Shown piece after piece: positions 48,903 to 62,180 of a DNA stretch of 64,000 nt; position 1 is the first letter of the stretch; each line of letters starts with the position of its first letter. The notes under the pieces were generated by a model. It saw only the letters and a list, made by a program, of their open reading frames with translations. It was not told the DNA's origin and did no database searches. A program made the translations under genes and the position numbers. This DNA comes from Podospora anserina (Eukaryota): contig CM030333.1 of assembly GCA_017654855.1 (NCBI GenBank), positions 2,976,001 to 3,040,000 on the forward strand. The letters run 5' to 3'.

Positions 48903-51900
48903 ATGCCATCCCTATAGTAAGTGCCAGAATAAAGAGAATAGGTATATCAGATTGACTTCTTCATCCTGCTCACAATATCTTCTCTACTTGTTAGTATTGT
49001 GCTGGTCTGTGGTGTGTGTGCTTCACGCAGTACCGCACAGTCAAAAGACACGCTTGAAAAGGTTTTCGGCGACCGCTTCCCAGAGGCCCGCATCATAGTA
49101 TTTGATGGACTCCGTTCGGACAACAATCACTTATCACAGACAGGATGGGTCTGGCGGGCAGCGGATGACCTGCTTCAGCTCTTAAAAGAGGAGGTGGGGT
49201 TGCTGGAAAAGTCCATCTATAGGAGTCCCATCTTGTTTCTGGCAGAGAATGTAGGAGGGATCGTGTTAAAGCAGGCTCTCATCGAAGCCATGAGAGACTG
49301 GCGCTATCAAGACTTTGTCTGGAGAACTACAAGCTTGGTCAGTCAGGACATCAACAGCGAGCCACCAAGTTGACCTTGTATGCTGACTAGCTCACCGAGC
49401 TTCACAGTTCTTTTTCGGCACCCTGCATCGGGTTGACATCAACTCCTCAATTGACAAGCAGTTCATGCGGCTGGTTCTAGCCACAGAAGAAGAGATTCCT
49501 GATTCTCTCATCTTCATTGCGGAGTCAACAGCAGCCTTCCCATCAGTGAGCGCGCAATTCTCACAACTGCTGTCCATGTTTTCTGTTGTCAACTTCATTG
49601 AGGACGATGAAAAAGTATCGGTGGTTGGAAGGTTCTCGTCAACCTTTGGTCATGCCGCCGAGAGTAACGTAGCTGCCAATTGTAGCTATCAAGAGTTGTG
49701 GCACTTTGCACCTGGCGACCCGAAGACTGACAGGCTCTGGGGGCTAATCCAAAGCAGGATGAAAAGCGAAGGTGAGTACAACCACTGTATGCAGATGTGA
49801 CTCTCCTCAAGTCATGCTGATGAGATGGCTGCAATCACTAGCATCCGAGGTTGAATACTCCATTTTCATGCAAGCACTTGCTGAAAGGGATCCCGGGACA
49901 CACCTGGACGGTGTCACTGCTCAAAGAGAGCACCCGACGATGAGATGGATTGCATCACACAGCATTTACTTGGAATGGCTCGCGTCCTCAGCACCCGCCT
50001 TCCTCCACCTGCATGGCAAACCTGGCTCTGGATCTTCCGCTGTTGCGGGTGTCATCATGGAAGAAGTGGCAGCGATTCCCGACTTCCAAGACGCAACATT
50101 CGTCAGGTTCAATTCTCACAAGCAGTATATCCAAACATCAGAGACGGCCAGGATTCTTCTTTCCTTGTGCCGCCAAATTCTGTCGGCGAATCCCAAGTTA
50201 TTTCGACGTACCAAGCCGCTTTGCAGGACCATGCGAGCAGATAATCTCTTCAACAAGTCCGCCGCCTGGGGTCTCTTCCAGTCCCTTCTCAACTTTCATT
50301 CAGGTCCCTTATTTATCTGCCTTGATGGAATACACAATTTGCCGCCTGACTTCCTCGAATACCTTAGCACCATCAAATCTCTAAAGCAAGAGAGTGGAGA
50401 GCCCCCGAGATTTCTTGTCACCAGTTCCTCGGAAACACTCCCCATTTTTCCGGATTCATTGAAGTCGACAATCGCAACATTGAGCCTCAGTGACGAAGCG
50501 GACATGAAGCGAGCCACCAAACAAGCCGTCCAGAGGAGGGTATTGGACGTTGCTTGGCGGAATGTGCTCTGGTATGACCTCCAGAAAACGATTATCAAGA
50601 CAGTTTGCCACGATTTACCACCTTATCTTGTTGCTATGCAGTCGCTGGATCTGTTGGATGTTTCGACGCCGCATTCAACGGAAGCGGCCTTTTACTTCAA
50701 GCTTGAGCACCTTCCCCGCACACTTGATGGTTTATACTCACATTATATCGCGATCCTGTCTCGGTGGGAGCGTCAAGTTCTGGGCTGTATTGTCACGGCG
50801 GTCCAACCGCTGCGCAGTGTTGAACTTGCCATTTGTCTGTCTCTGCAGGGGGAGGAGACCCAAAGTTGGCGAGATCTACGCAGCCGGACTTCGCAGGATA
50901 TCATCAAAGACATTCTTGGACATAAAAAGATACGGCATCTGGTAAAGGTCAGAGACGATAGGGTGTATCCCATCTACGAGACTCTGACCGACTATCTGCA
51001 CACAAAACACAAGCAGGTCTCCAAACAGTTGCATTTGTCAATGCTGAAGGCCTGTATCAAGTACATCAGCGACCTCTACCACGATACATCTTTCCTATTG
51101 GGTCTGACCTCAACCCCTGAGCTTGGATCCAATATCACGCAGGATGCCACGCTTTCCAAGGAAGCCGGGTTTCTAAGATACGCGAGCCTGTGCTGGCCGG
51201 ACCACTACAACCTTTGTCATGGTGATCCTCAAGCATACAGAACGGTTTCTCAGCTCTTTGGAAACCCTGCGCTGCGTTCCACCTGGTTCAGTCTCTATGC
51301 ACACTTCAAAAGCCACCTCCCGGAAAATCTTGAGTCTCTGACATCTCCCTTGGCCATGGCTAACAAGCTTGGGCTTACACTAATTGTCGATGATATGATT
51401 CGAGGAGCCATACCGGGAGGCGACCATTCCAAGACGACCTGGTCCAACCCTCTGGCAGATTCATCAATCTCAAGCAGGATGCCCTGGGCCGATACTTTGG
51501 AGGTCAAACATCAGCTGGTCCAGGAAGTCATCACTTTTGCAGTCGAGGAAGGGAGAGCAGAGCTCATCTTTCAACTGACTTCTGTCCTATCACCCGACAC
51601 GCTCGAGATTAAGGGTCACAAGGGACTTACTCCACTGCTCAGCGCAACCAGAAACGGGCACATGGACGTTGTGAATGCTCTGGTCAAGCAAGGGGCATCC
51701 TCCAAAGCAACGGGGCGAGACGGGTCGACTATCCTGCATCTGGCAACAAGACTGGGAAGCCTGTCCATCGTCAAGCGGATCCTCGAGATCAACAGCCAGC
51801 TTGATATTGGAGCAATGAACAATGAGGGATATGACGCTATCAAGATTGCAGCAGAATCGGGCTTTACTACGATTTTGGAGGAGCTCCTGCACCGGATAGA

Positions 51901-54900
51901 TCCCGAGACCAGAAAGAAACTTGTCAACACGCCGCTGCCATCAAGTAGTCAGACTCCCCTTTTTCTGGCTGCGAGACACGGACATTCGGAAGTGGTAAAG
52001 TTGTTGCTGAAACACAAAGCCGATCCCGGCATCCACAATGACGGCGAATCGAGTGCTCTCTACCAAGCCGCCAAGGAGGGAGACAGTGACGTTTTTACCG
52101 CTCTTCTCACCCACCCTATGTACCAGAAGTTGAGCATTCACCCGCAGGTCATTGGTCCTTTCAATGATGCAGATGGGGAAAGCTCCATAGCCAGTGACGA
52201 TCTTGATGCATGCCTCCTTGTCGCTGCACGATACGGGCGAGTCCCCATCCTGAAGAAGCTTCTCGAGTACAAGGTTCGGGTTAACGTAACAGGCGAAGGA
52301 AAGAACACAGCACTTCATTTGGCTGCACGAGAGGGCTTTGAACAGGCCACAACGCTTCTACTGAAGCAACACTGCGAGGTGGACCTGCGGAACGAGGAAC
52401 GGCTGACGCCAATTCAGCTGGCAGCACAAAACGGACATATCGGTGTTGTCAGGACTCTTCACAAAGAAGGGAAAGCAAATATTGCAAGGGGCCCCGACCC
52501 AGAACCTCCGCTACCATTTCGGTCAGCACTGTCCACGTTAGAGATGGCGGCCATGGAAGGCCAAGTTCCCGTCGTTGAATACCTGTTGGTGATGGATCCA
52601 GCATCGGCTCCTCGGGCCCTCCAGCTGGCGGCCGAGAATGGACAAACCGCTGTGGTGCGTTATCTGATGGCCAATCAAGACCAGATTTCAGTGTCAGTGG
52701 CATGGGATGATGCAGCATGGATCGAAGCAGCCGGAGCAGCGCTCAAGAAGCGCCACCTCGAAGTGCTCAGGGAGCTTTTAACCTTCAAGTTGTCCGGCGT
52801 GGGAGAAACAGGACTACCAGCTATTTCACAAGAGTTTTACCACCTGCTGTACATGGCTATCGAGAAAAATTACGGGCCTGAGGTTCAAGTTCTGGCTGAG
52901 AAGGGTTTCGATATGAACAAGCCAAACGTCAAGAACGAGCACCCGCTCCATCTGGCGGTCAAGTGGAACAGTCCCAACGTCATTGTGCCCCTTGTAAAAG
53001 GAGGGTCTAGTCTAGGTCATATCGACGACACCCAAAAGGATACGCCCTTGTATCGGGCTGTTTCTCGAAACCACGCAGAACAAGTGGTGCACGAGCTTCT
53101 TGAGGCGGGTGCAGACCCCAACTGGAAAAACTTGGGCCAGGAGGACCGAACGCCGCTGCATCAAGCGTGCTCTGTCAACAAGGACAACTCGTTGATTATA
53201 ACCTGTCTTTTGGACCACCAGGCAGACGCCCTCGCCAGAGATGATGATGGTTGGACTCCTCTCCACTACACGACCGACAAGTTCAGCCTTCCCAATGCCA
53301 TCGCGCTCGTGGGTATCAACCGAGAACGCACCCACTTGATTGAAATACGCAATAACTACCAATCAACCCCCCTGGTGCTTGCTGCGGAAAACGGCGCCGT
53401 GGATGTGATGGAGTTCTTTTTGGAGTGCGGGGCGGATCCTATGCTAACCAACAAGACCGGCTCGTCTGCTCTCCATCGTGCCGCAGGAGGCGCCCACCTC
53501 GACGCGGTGAAGCTACTCATTGAGAATAGGTTCAAGACAGCTGATCCGACCATGTCCAAAGCCAACGGCATAACGGCGCTTCACATGGCTATCCACAACT
53601 CCGTTCCCCAGCTCGAGATGGTCGAGTATCTCCTAAGCAGAGATGGCGTTGATATTAATGCCCAAAGCTCCAACTTTGGAAGCCCTCTCTGTGCTGCAGC
53701 TCGGTTCTATTCGACGGGTTACTTTACACCAAAAGGCGATGGGCTGAAGCTCTGCAAGCTCCTGATGGAAAGGGGAGCTGATGTAAATTCTACCGGAGGG
53801 TGGATGTATTCTCCACTTCATATCGCCGCTGAGCATGGGTCTGCCGAGCTTGTCAAACTCCTGTTGAGTAAAGACGACACCAATGTCGACATTTTCTGGG
53901 AGGAACATGGAACACCCCTGAGCGTGGCTATCCTCCATGAGCACGAGACGGTGGTGGGAATTCTTCTCCAGAGAGGCGCTGACCTCAACATTCCACTTGA
54001 TGGGGAAACCGCAGTGCAGCTTGCAGTGAGGACAGGGGATTCGGGCGTGGTGGAAACACTCCTTGAAAAGAGGCTGGAAAAATTCCAGGTTGTACAGGGT
54101 CTTGAAGATGCTCTGTGGGCGGCGGTTCGCAAGGATATGCCACAAGCTGTGAAGGCGCTCCTGGCCGAACGCAGCAAAGATCCATCCTCCACCCCAGACA
54201 CAATCATTCAAGGCTGGACCATACTTACATATGCAATTTACTGGGACTCGGATGATGTGATTGGCTATCTGTTAGACAATCCCGAGCAGCACGACGCCAA
54301 CATCGATCACCACAACGACGCTGGTAACGCGCCCCTACACATGGCCATCGAGAAAGGCGCAGATGAGCTGCTCGGACAGCTTCTCGATCACAAGGCAGAA
54401 CCAAACATTTGCGATCGAGTGGGAAGGACCCCGCTGATGCTGAGTGCCAAGAAAGCCGATCTCGACGTGATGGATATGCTGATAAGTAAAGGGGGAAACG
54501 TTTTCAGCAAGGACCTTCGCCTACGAGATGCTCTCTACTGGGCTTGCCTCTCGCAATCCAGCGATGCCGTCACCAAGATTGTGGCCGTGATGCAAAACAA
54601 GGGCAGCGAGTGGCTCACATCCTGCTCGGCTGCCATCTTCCCCGTCCTCCATGCCAGCGAAGCAAGACAGAACCTGCTCGAGGCACTGTTCAAAGGAGAG
54701 GACATGACGGCGCGCAAAGAAGTTCTTGCCGGGATAGCAGTGGATAGGAACAACTGGACATTGGCCTACACGCTTAAACACAGCCACACACCCTCGGTCA
54801 CGTCCGACACAGACTTCTTACCCGGCTGGTTCGTAGAGTATGCTCAGGAAGCGGCAGACAAAAGTAAGTTGTTGCAACCCAGGGTCTTTGTGGAGCTAAC

Positions 54901-55962
54901 AGGTGAACAAAACATCGCAAAGACGCTTCTTCTACGGTTGAGCCAAACACTCCATCCAGGTGGGACGATGTTGATGCAGCGCACCCTCTTGAGGTGTCCC
55001 CGGATGGGCAGACCGTCACGGTTGGCCCAAAACCACTCATGACCGGGGGAGTGGCCATGTACGCGTTGATCCGCGCCGACTATTGCATACCCGCCCACGA
55101 GGATTACCAATTTGAAGTCACCGTTAACGACCCAGTTGGTGATATGATAGATGAGAGTGGCCCGTAAGTACCTACCTACCTACTTATCTACCTTACCTAC
55201 CTTACCGCCTTCAATTTGAGCGAAGAGTTCAATTGTTGTGTCCCGACAACAAGTACCTTCTGTTGGATTAACTTGATTTCGACGTGCTATAGTTTTCCCA
55301 TTGGAATTGGACTCTGTACGGAAAAGGTAGATCTCAACCAGATGATAGGATGGGAATCGGGTTCTTTGGGGTATCACGGCGATGACGGGAAAATGTTCTT
55401 GGGATCGGAATGGGGGCGAAGGTACGCTGATGGGTATGGTGTCAACGACACGATAGTTTGCAAGGTCAAGGTGGGCGATGGACAGAGAAAGGTCTCCTTC
55501 TTGAAGAATAACAAACCCCTTGGTAAGTGGAGCTTCGTTTTGTTCTTGTTTTGTTTCTTCCTACCGGTACCTGGTCTACCTATATGCACCTAGGTACCTA
55601 CACGTACAGGACCACCCAGAACAAATGTCTGTCACGATTATAAACTACGTACGTAACTAACATTAGCCCTAACAATTGGGTTGTCAGGAACTGCTTTGGA
55701 AGGGGACGATGTGCCTCGGGGACAGCTTTACCCTGCAATCAGCATGAAGAGTTCCCTGAAAGGACTTTCGATGACGGCGAGATTTGGAAATCCGAGCGAC
55801 GTGATGGGCCCGGGGTTATTACTAACACCTGATATCCAAAGCCCTGGAAGAATGAGACATGCCTCGCCGTCGCCAGCCATGCATCCTGATTCTCCTGGTG
55901 TTTGCGTAGAGGAAGTGAGAGAAGACGAGGTTGAGGATGGGGACAGTGATTACTCTTGGTAG
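48903..55962 (+). CDS. NLR-like protein: degenerate SesB-like alpha/beta-hydrolase, NACHT, many ankyrin repeats, SPRY (multi-exon; start approximate)
   Basis: PILFLAENVGGIVLKQAL/FFGTLHR; LHLHGKPGSGSS; FLRYASLCWPDH; many TPLH/TALH ANK repeats; spliced SPRY exons IRADYCIP..FEVTV, GWESGSLGYHGDDG and GQLYPAISM. Confidence 0.88.
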
Positions 55963-57124
55963 TAGCTTTTGCATGGATCAAGATTGGGTGGAATACTTAC
56001 CTCTGTAATTTATTGTCATTTCACACTTGAGGTAGTTAACCAGGTGGGTAGGCCTTTGATCAAGGGAATGATTGCTGGAATTTTGGTTAATTTCTTCTTG
56101 AGGCTATGGATTCAAATTTGAAGCAATCAGCGGATGTTACGAACTGAGACATTGCTCTTAAAAGTTAAAAGACTTTACCCCATCTACAATTTTCAAATGT
56201 TCAACAATACGGCGCGATTTATTCTGTGCCATAAATATTGGATATAACTGTGTTTTTTGATCTACCTCAGTTGCTAGAAGTTGTGATGGCTGATGGCACT
56301 TATTAGTTTACAAGCTCACATACTGACCACTATACTACGGAAGATGTACAGGTGTTGAGCACCTGTCGTAGTGAGAGGATTGGTTGCAAGGAAAAGGCGG
56401 AGGTGGTATATATAAGGGGAGCATACACGATCCCGTCCCTTGAACCACTTTTTGCGATCCGCTTCTAGCTCAGGCCTTCCTCGTCAGATATGGAGTGCAG
56501 CAGTGCAACCTTTCAGCGATGAAGTGCGCTGGACACAATACATAGGCCGGCACTGGGTTTGGTAGCCCAGTTGTTGCCTCCGAGTTATTATCGCCAAGTA
56601 GACCCCTTTGTCTTAACGTCATAACGCCCCATTCTTAACTTTCTATCAAAGCCAAGGGTTTCGATCAACAATAGTAACGACGGGTGACGGGTTGAGTCTC
56701 GGAGCCACGGAAGAACACCTTACTGTTGATGGTGGTCAGCAGTGGCGGTCACCGTCGTCATCTAGTTAAACGAGAGTAAACTGGGGACGTCGGTTTGTGT
56801 TAGGGGAAAAAGTAAAACGCCGCAGTAAGTAACTACTGCGATATATATAGGAGAACCCTATCTAAATCTACCTAGTAAGAATAGTTAAATATCCTGTATA
56901 CTAAAACTATATCCGTTGAAGCAAATAGCCTCTCAAAATCCCTCTAAAAAATATTATATATCTATATAGTTAAATCATCAAGACCTAGAAAAAGAAACAA
57001 GAAAGCTAAAAAGTCGTAACGTACACCCGGGGCTTACGTTGGAAACCCTATAAACTCCAACGCTACCAACTCGAAAAAAGGCGAGTCATTACAAAGCCTT
57101 ATAGTATGTGCCATCTTTTAAATA

Positions 57125-57900
57125 CTAAGCCCAGGCTCCAACTAAACTCATGCAAATAGCGCCAAAAAGCATAAGGAAGTAGGCTGTAACCCGCTTACGA
57201 CCGCGGAAGGTAGCTTAGCTATTATCACTAAGAAAGTCCTCCGTAAGTAACTCGATAAGGGCGGTAAAAACAAGCAATCCCGATAAGATAGCGTTCATAG
57301 TTCCTACTAAGATCAGGCTAAACTTAGAGTCGGGGGCGTAAAGCGTGTGGGTGGCTAGACCAATAGCTTAACCAATAGGTATCCTGAAGACGGCACCGTT
57401 AGCTTTATCTTCTATTGAGCACACCGGCTATTTAACAATAATACTTACGTATATCCATAAGCTAATACTATAAACTATAGCTATAACACCCCCTTTTGCC
57501 AGTTGATAGAGGCAATACGAGTTCCTAATGCGAGACCCTTAAACGTTTTTGCAATAATATATTAGTATTTTTATAGTTTTGAGACAAACAGGAAAGCGTT
57601 TACTACTCACGGTAAAAAGCAATAGCAATTAACAAGACAACAAAGTTACCGCCGACGGCGACACTTAACGCCATACCAATAAAAATACTGTGAAACAAGA
57701 TACCGACCTCGAGAAGCATGCACTGCAAGATCTTCTTCTTGTGTAGCTGCTCCTCAGTAAGGCCGACTTGCTGGGATTCCATAGCGCTCCCAAGCAGTTC
57801 CTTAGACCTCATCTTCTCATCTGGGGAAACGGCCGGGGTTTCACGCCCAACCGCCACACTCTCCTCGGAAACAGGCTCAACAACATGTAAAGATGCGGTC
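57125..57900 (-). pseudogene. RIP-mutated 3' half of a ZIP-family (Zn/Fe) transporter gene
   Basis: LLEVGILFHSIFIGMAL, FKGLALG, DFLSD and MSLVGAWA* motifs; strong TpA excess and an in-frame stop; the 5' half is absent. Confidence 0.8.
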
Positions 57901-57924
57901 GTCGAGCTCGGGAACACTGAGGTA

Positions 57925-58362
57925 GATGGTATCGAGGAGAGTGGTCACGGTGATGTCTGGCGGGAGATGGGTCAAGTATAGGGATGAAGACTCATTCGGA
58001 TCGATCGTGGCGGAGTGGTTATGGGGGTTGGTAAAGTCACCTTGGTAGTTCACTGAAGGCAATCTCGGCTCGGCTGGCTGGTAAGGGGTGGTCTGTTCAG
58101 CCTGGTAAGACTGAGGGTTGGCCAGCAGGTCTGGCTGGTAGTACTGATGACCGATAGACTGCCCTGTGGTAATCCTAGCGCCTTGGTAAGGTTGAAGACC
58201 GGCGATCTGAGCCGACAGGTAGAATTCATAACCGAGAGACTGCTCGTCAGGCTGGTAGCTGGGAAGATGTGAAGCCTGGTATAAATGATCGGCCAAGGGC
58301 TGGTCGTGCTGGTAGAATTGCTGAACGAAAGACTGCTCGGCGGTTGAAAAATGGTGTGACAT
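57925..58362 (-). pseudogene. 5' fragment of a Gln/Tyr-rich protein, truncated at the start of an RRM-like domain
   Basis: NYQGD..NHSA.I...SSLYLTHLPPDITVTTLLDTI (RNP2-like), then the sequence runs into the ZIP fragment. Confidence 0.55.
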
Positions 58363-60185
58363 CTCGCTCTAGGGGTTTGAGATGGGATGGTCGAAGACAG
58401 AATCACCGCATGGGACGTGGCGCCTCCAAAACAGCTACCATCCGAGGAAGCTGGTGACATCAGCGTATAGAGAGGCTAGAATTGGGAGGGGTCCTAGGGT
58501 TTTTCTGATCCAACACTTGGGGCATGATGCTTCTAGACAAGTATCTCTCTCTCCAGTTGCTGGACTGGGTAGCCCTCTGCTCTGATTGGCGAGGTTCAGC
58601 CCTTCCACTGGCAGCTTGAGCATTGTAGGAACTCTCTCCTTGCCCAAGTGGTGTTAGTCTTGACCTGGGTACCTATAAAGATGTTAGTTGACAAGAGGAT
58701 GGCGTCCCATGAGACTTGTGTATTAACCTACCGGAATGTGCCGGGTCGGATTTCCTTGACCGCTCATCATGTTGAAGGCTTTTCGGTTTTGCTTGAACGA
58801 TATTGTGGAGGCGCAGTGTTATGGCTGCAGCCTAAATGAAGCTGTTGGATGGGTAGTGAGCCGTCAAGATGTGAACGAGATGCCGTGAAGGAGATGATGT
58901 GATGGGGATGATGTGACGGAGAGAGGGTGTGAAAGAGATGTGGAAGATGAGATGGGTTATGTAGTGTTGAGAGACTGGGTGTGAAGGTGTGAACAGACGA
59001 GGCTTTGCTGTCAGAAACCTCGCTGGCTGTTTGGAAGTCTATTCCTCAAGAAGAAGAGGAGATAGAATTCAAGTTAGTGATCAAATATATATCCTAGAAG
59101 CTCGAGATCTGTCGGTGCCACTCGAAGATGTTCACTCCCAAAGTGGGTCCTGGTTGTGATATTCACCTTGGTGTTGAATACCTCAGTCTCTGACCCAGTC
59201 CGAACTCAAGAGCAACTTGCTCTCATTCAACGCGTTAACAATAATACGTTCCACCTGTAGGAATCAGACCAAACTTCCGATGAAGTCGCCCATGCTCACT
59301 GTGGGAGCAGCCTGTGGATCAAAAATACAATTCGGATTGAGGCATTCAATTAATTGATGGAGCATGCTGATGAAGGGAATTCGGATTGTGGCGTTTTAGG
59401 ACTTTGATAACAGTGTCCGTCAAATTTCACAGTGTCAGTAAAGACAATAGCACGTCGAGTGAGTATTGCTCAGGGTATTCAACGAGATGGCACTCGCAAT
59501 TGGGTGAATAAGGGATATATCCAGAGGCCAAAGCCATTGCCGAAGGCCATCATAGGTACTAGACACAAGCGGGTCTTCTCGAACAAGATCTTAACCAAAC
59601 TGAACGCCACCACATACCTTGAATACATGTTCAAAACCTAAACCAAAGTGCTGCTGGGCACGTTGTGGACCGAAAAATGGTGACTGCTACGTTGGACAAA
59701 GGCATTCACAGACAGCGAAGATGCCTATAAGTAAATAGCCGTGGAATGTCGATTAAAAACCTCAAAGTGCGTTGTGAGTTAGCTCGACTGCCACGCACAA
59801 ATGCGTGGGCTGAAACACAGTCCTCGATCAACACCGCACATAGTGCAAGTAGCTCAATGCTGTTGTCTGTCAGTGATGATCAGATGAACGATATATCATA
59901 GTTCAGGTGACAGCCCTGAAAAACTTTCGGACGAAAAAGGTACCACCACAGATAAAAGAACCCCACAAAAAGTCGGATAAAAATGCCGAAACCCAAATGA
60001 ATCGGATTGCAACTCATCAGCTTAGTGCTTGTTTCTTGAACGAGCCGCCGAATCTTGGCAGCAAAAGGGAGGGAGCAAAATGAAGGTATCATTGTGCATC
60101 TATGATGAGTACTAAGTCGTCATGAAAATTGATCATATGTGTGCTTGGTGAGATGCTAGGTAGGCCTGAAAATAAGCAACCCGTG

Positions 60186-61540
60186 TCAAATGAAATTGCC
60201 ATGTCCACCATGCCCATCAGGTTCATGATGTATTTCCCACGAGCCTGGAATGGTATGCACACTCGGACACGGTGGTGCTGTCGTCGCCGGCGCTGGTGGT
60301 GGCGGCCGAGGTGGAGGAGCAGGCGCCGGTGGTGGAGATGGTGTAGTCGGAAAAGGCAGCTTACTCCCTGCTGCCGCGCTTAGGTTATTCTTCCTCCGAT
60401 TCAACCTAACCGTCGTCGCAGGCCTCGGAGCATAAATCACCGTGTCCGGCGAAACCGGCCTCTCGCCCTTCCCCCCAGGCATCTCCTGCATCGGATCCGC
60501 CCTCTGCATCAAAGCAGGCGAGCTCGCCGTAAAATACGAATCAGAAGCCGACGCCCTCGGAACCAACAGCTCCTCCAACCTCTGACTATCCCTCTGCGGC
60601 GGCCCAATAGGACTCTCCGGTGTCGGCGCACGACCCGGACGACTCAGCTCAGGACTCTTCACCAGCGCCAGAACAGCCGGAGCAGGTGCCTGAAGGATAT
60701 ACCTCCTCACCCTTCCCATCTTCCCAGACCTCATCCTGCTTGGCAAGCTCGACCCACTGATATTAGACGCAGACTTTGACGGCATTTTCGGCCGATAGCT
60801 CTTGAATCCCTGGGGCGTCGCCCGTATGGTGTTTTCACCCGTTATGCCATCCCTCCCATCACCAGAAGTGCTGTATGATCCCCTCGCCTGCTTCTCATCG
60901 TACTCCTCCTCACTGTCAATCTCCTCATTCCTCGACGACATCCCCGGGATATCAAACGGCCTACTGGCCACATGCACCACAACCATAACCACACTCCCAA
61001 AAACCACCCCCAACGAACACGCAAACATATCCAGATTCAACCTCACCGTCCTATGCCCCCCTCCCCCATGGTATATCCCCACCGCAACGGCAATAATAGC
61101 ACTGCTCCACATCACCACCGCCAACCGTATCACCACCCCAGCCCAGGCATGAAGCTGGTGCTTGAAGCTCGGGATGGGAGGGTCGAAGTTGAGGTAGAGG
61201 CTGTCGCCCTTCTTGGCGGCAAGGAAATGGAGGATGATGTAAAAGAAGGATAATATCGACTGTTTGTCCCACCTTGTCAGCTACAGTCTCCTGGAGAGTG
61301 TCAAGAAATACTCACAGCAAACAGCACAAAACTCTGCGCAATTCCCACCCCTTCCCTCTTCAGATCCCCCGTGCTCTCAAATACAACCCCTGATAGCGAC
61401 GCCCCGATGGTACTCCCTATTCCCATCGCCACCAGCGCCCCTAGCATCAGCCGCGGGAGCCATGTCTCCGCCTTTGTTCTCGAGTGGTAGCTGTGGCTCT
61501 CGGTGTAGGATGCCCCGCCTCCTGGCAATAACGCCGGCAT
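60186..61540 (-). CDS. Uncharacterised membrane protein (about 4 TM helices, Pro/Ser-rich cytoplasmic tail), 2 exons (61540-61316, 61259-60186)
   Basis: Hydrophobic segments joined in frame by a GTGAGT..CTGAC..CAG intron. The start is uncertain. Confidence 0.65.
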
Positions 61541-62180
61541 CGTTTCCTCGCTTTGACGCCTGTCTACTTTGACTTTGTTGAGCTTCTCGCTGCCTAGAAC
61601 AAAGTGTGAAACTTTGGGTCGATGATACGGCGATGATGCGTCGACGGCAAGGTTGCGCTGATGCCAGGCGTCGGAAGGGGATCCAGTCCCTGCGGACAAA
61701 AGAAAAATGCCCGTTAGAGTAATGAGAGCATGTAAAAAGATGAAGTATCTGCTGGGGGTGCGAAAGAAAACAGGAACTAGAACGATGAGAGGGATAGCAT
61801 GCAAAAAGTGTGATCAATCATCCTACAAATCCTTCCACCAAAAAGAATGCCCCGCCACCAGAGCTGCCACCAAAAAAAGAGCACATTCTCGATGACGGCG
61901 GAAGAGTATGCCAAAGAGGCTGGTGCCCCTCGAGCTGGATATCTGGCTGGAATGCGACGGATTTGGAAGCTGGAAAACAGATGGGCTCCCACAAGCCCTA
62001 ACCGAGAAACACATCCAGAGCCACAGCTGGAATGTAAGTCTGACCTGAATTGAGCTGGCTATCTTTACTCCAGGAAAACAGAAGGAGTATCACAAATAGA
62101 AACAAAAAGGCAGGGTTGTTGTAGAAATATGTCGTTATTCATTGTCCCCTTGCGTCCACAATCTTCTGCATAGAGCAAAG

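Noticed and set aside
38930..58400. Complete Starship element
   Set aside because: No DUF3435 tyrosine recombinase-like gene, target-site repeats or second 5S half could be identified in the window.
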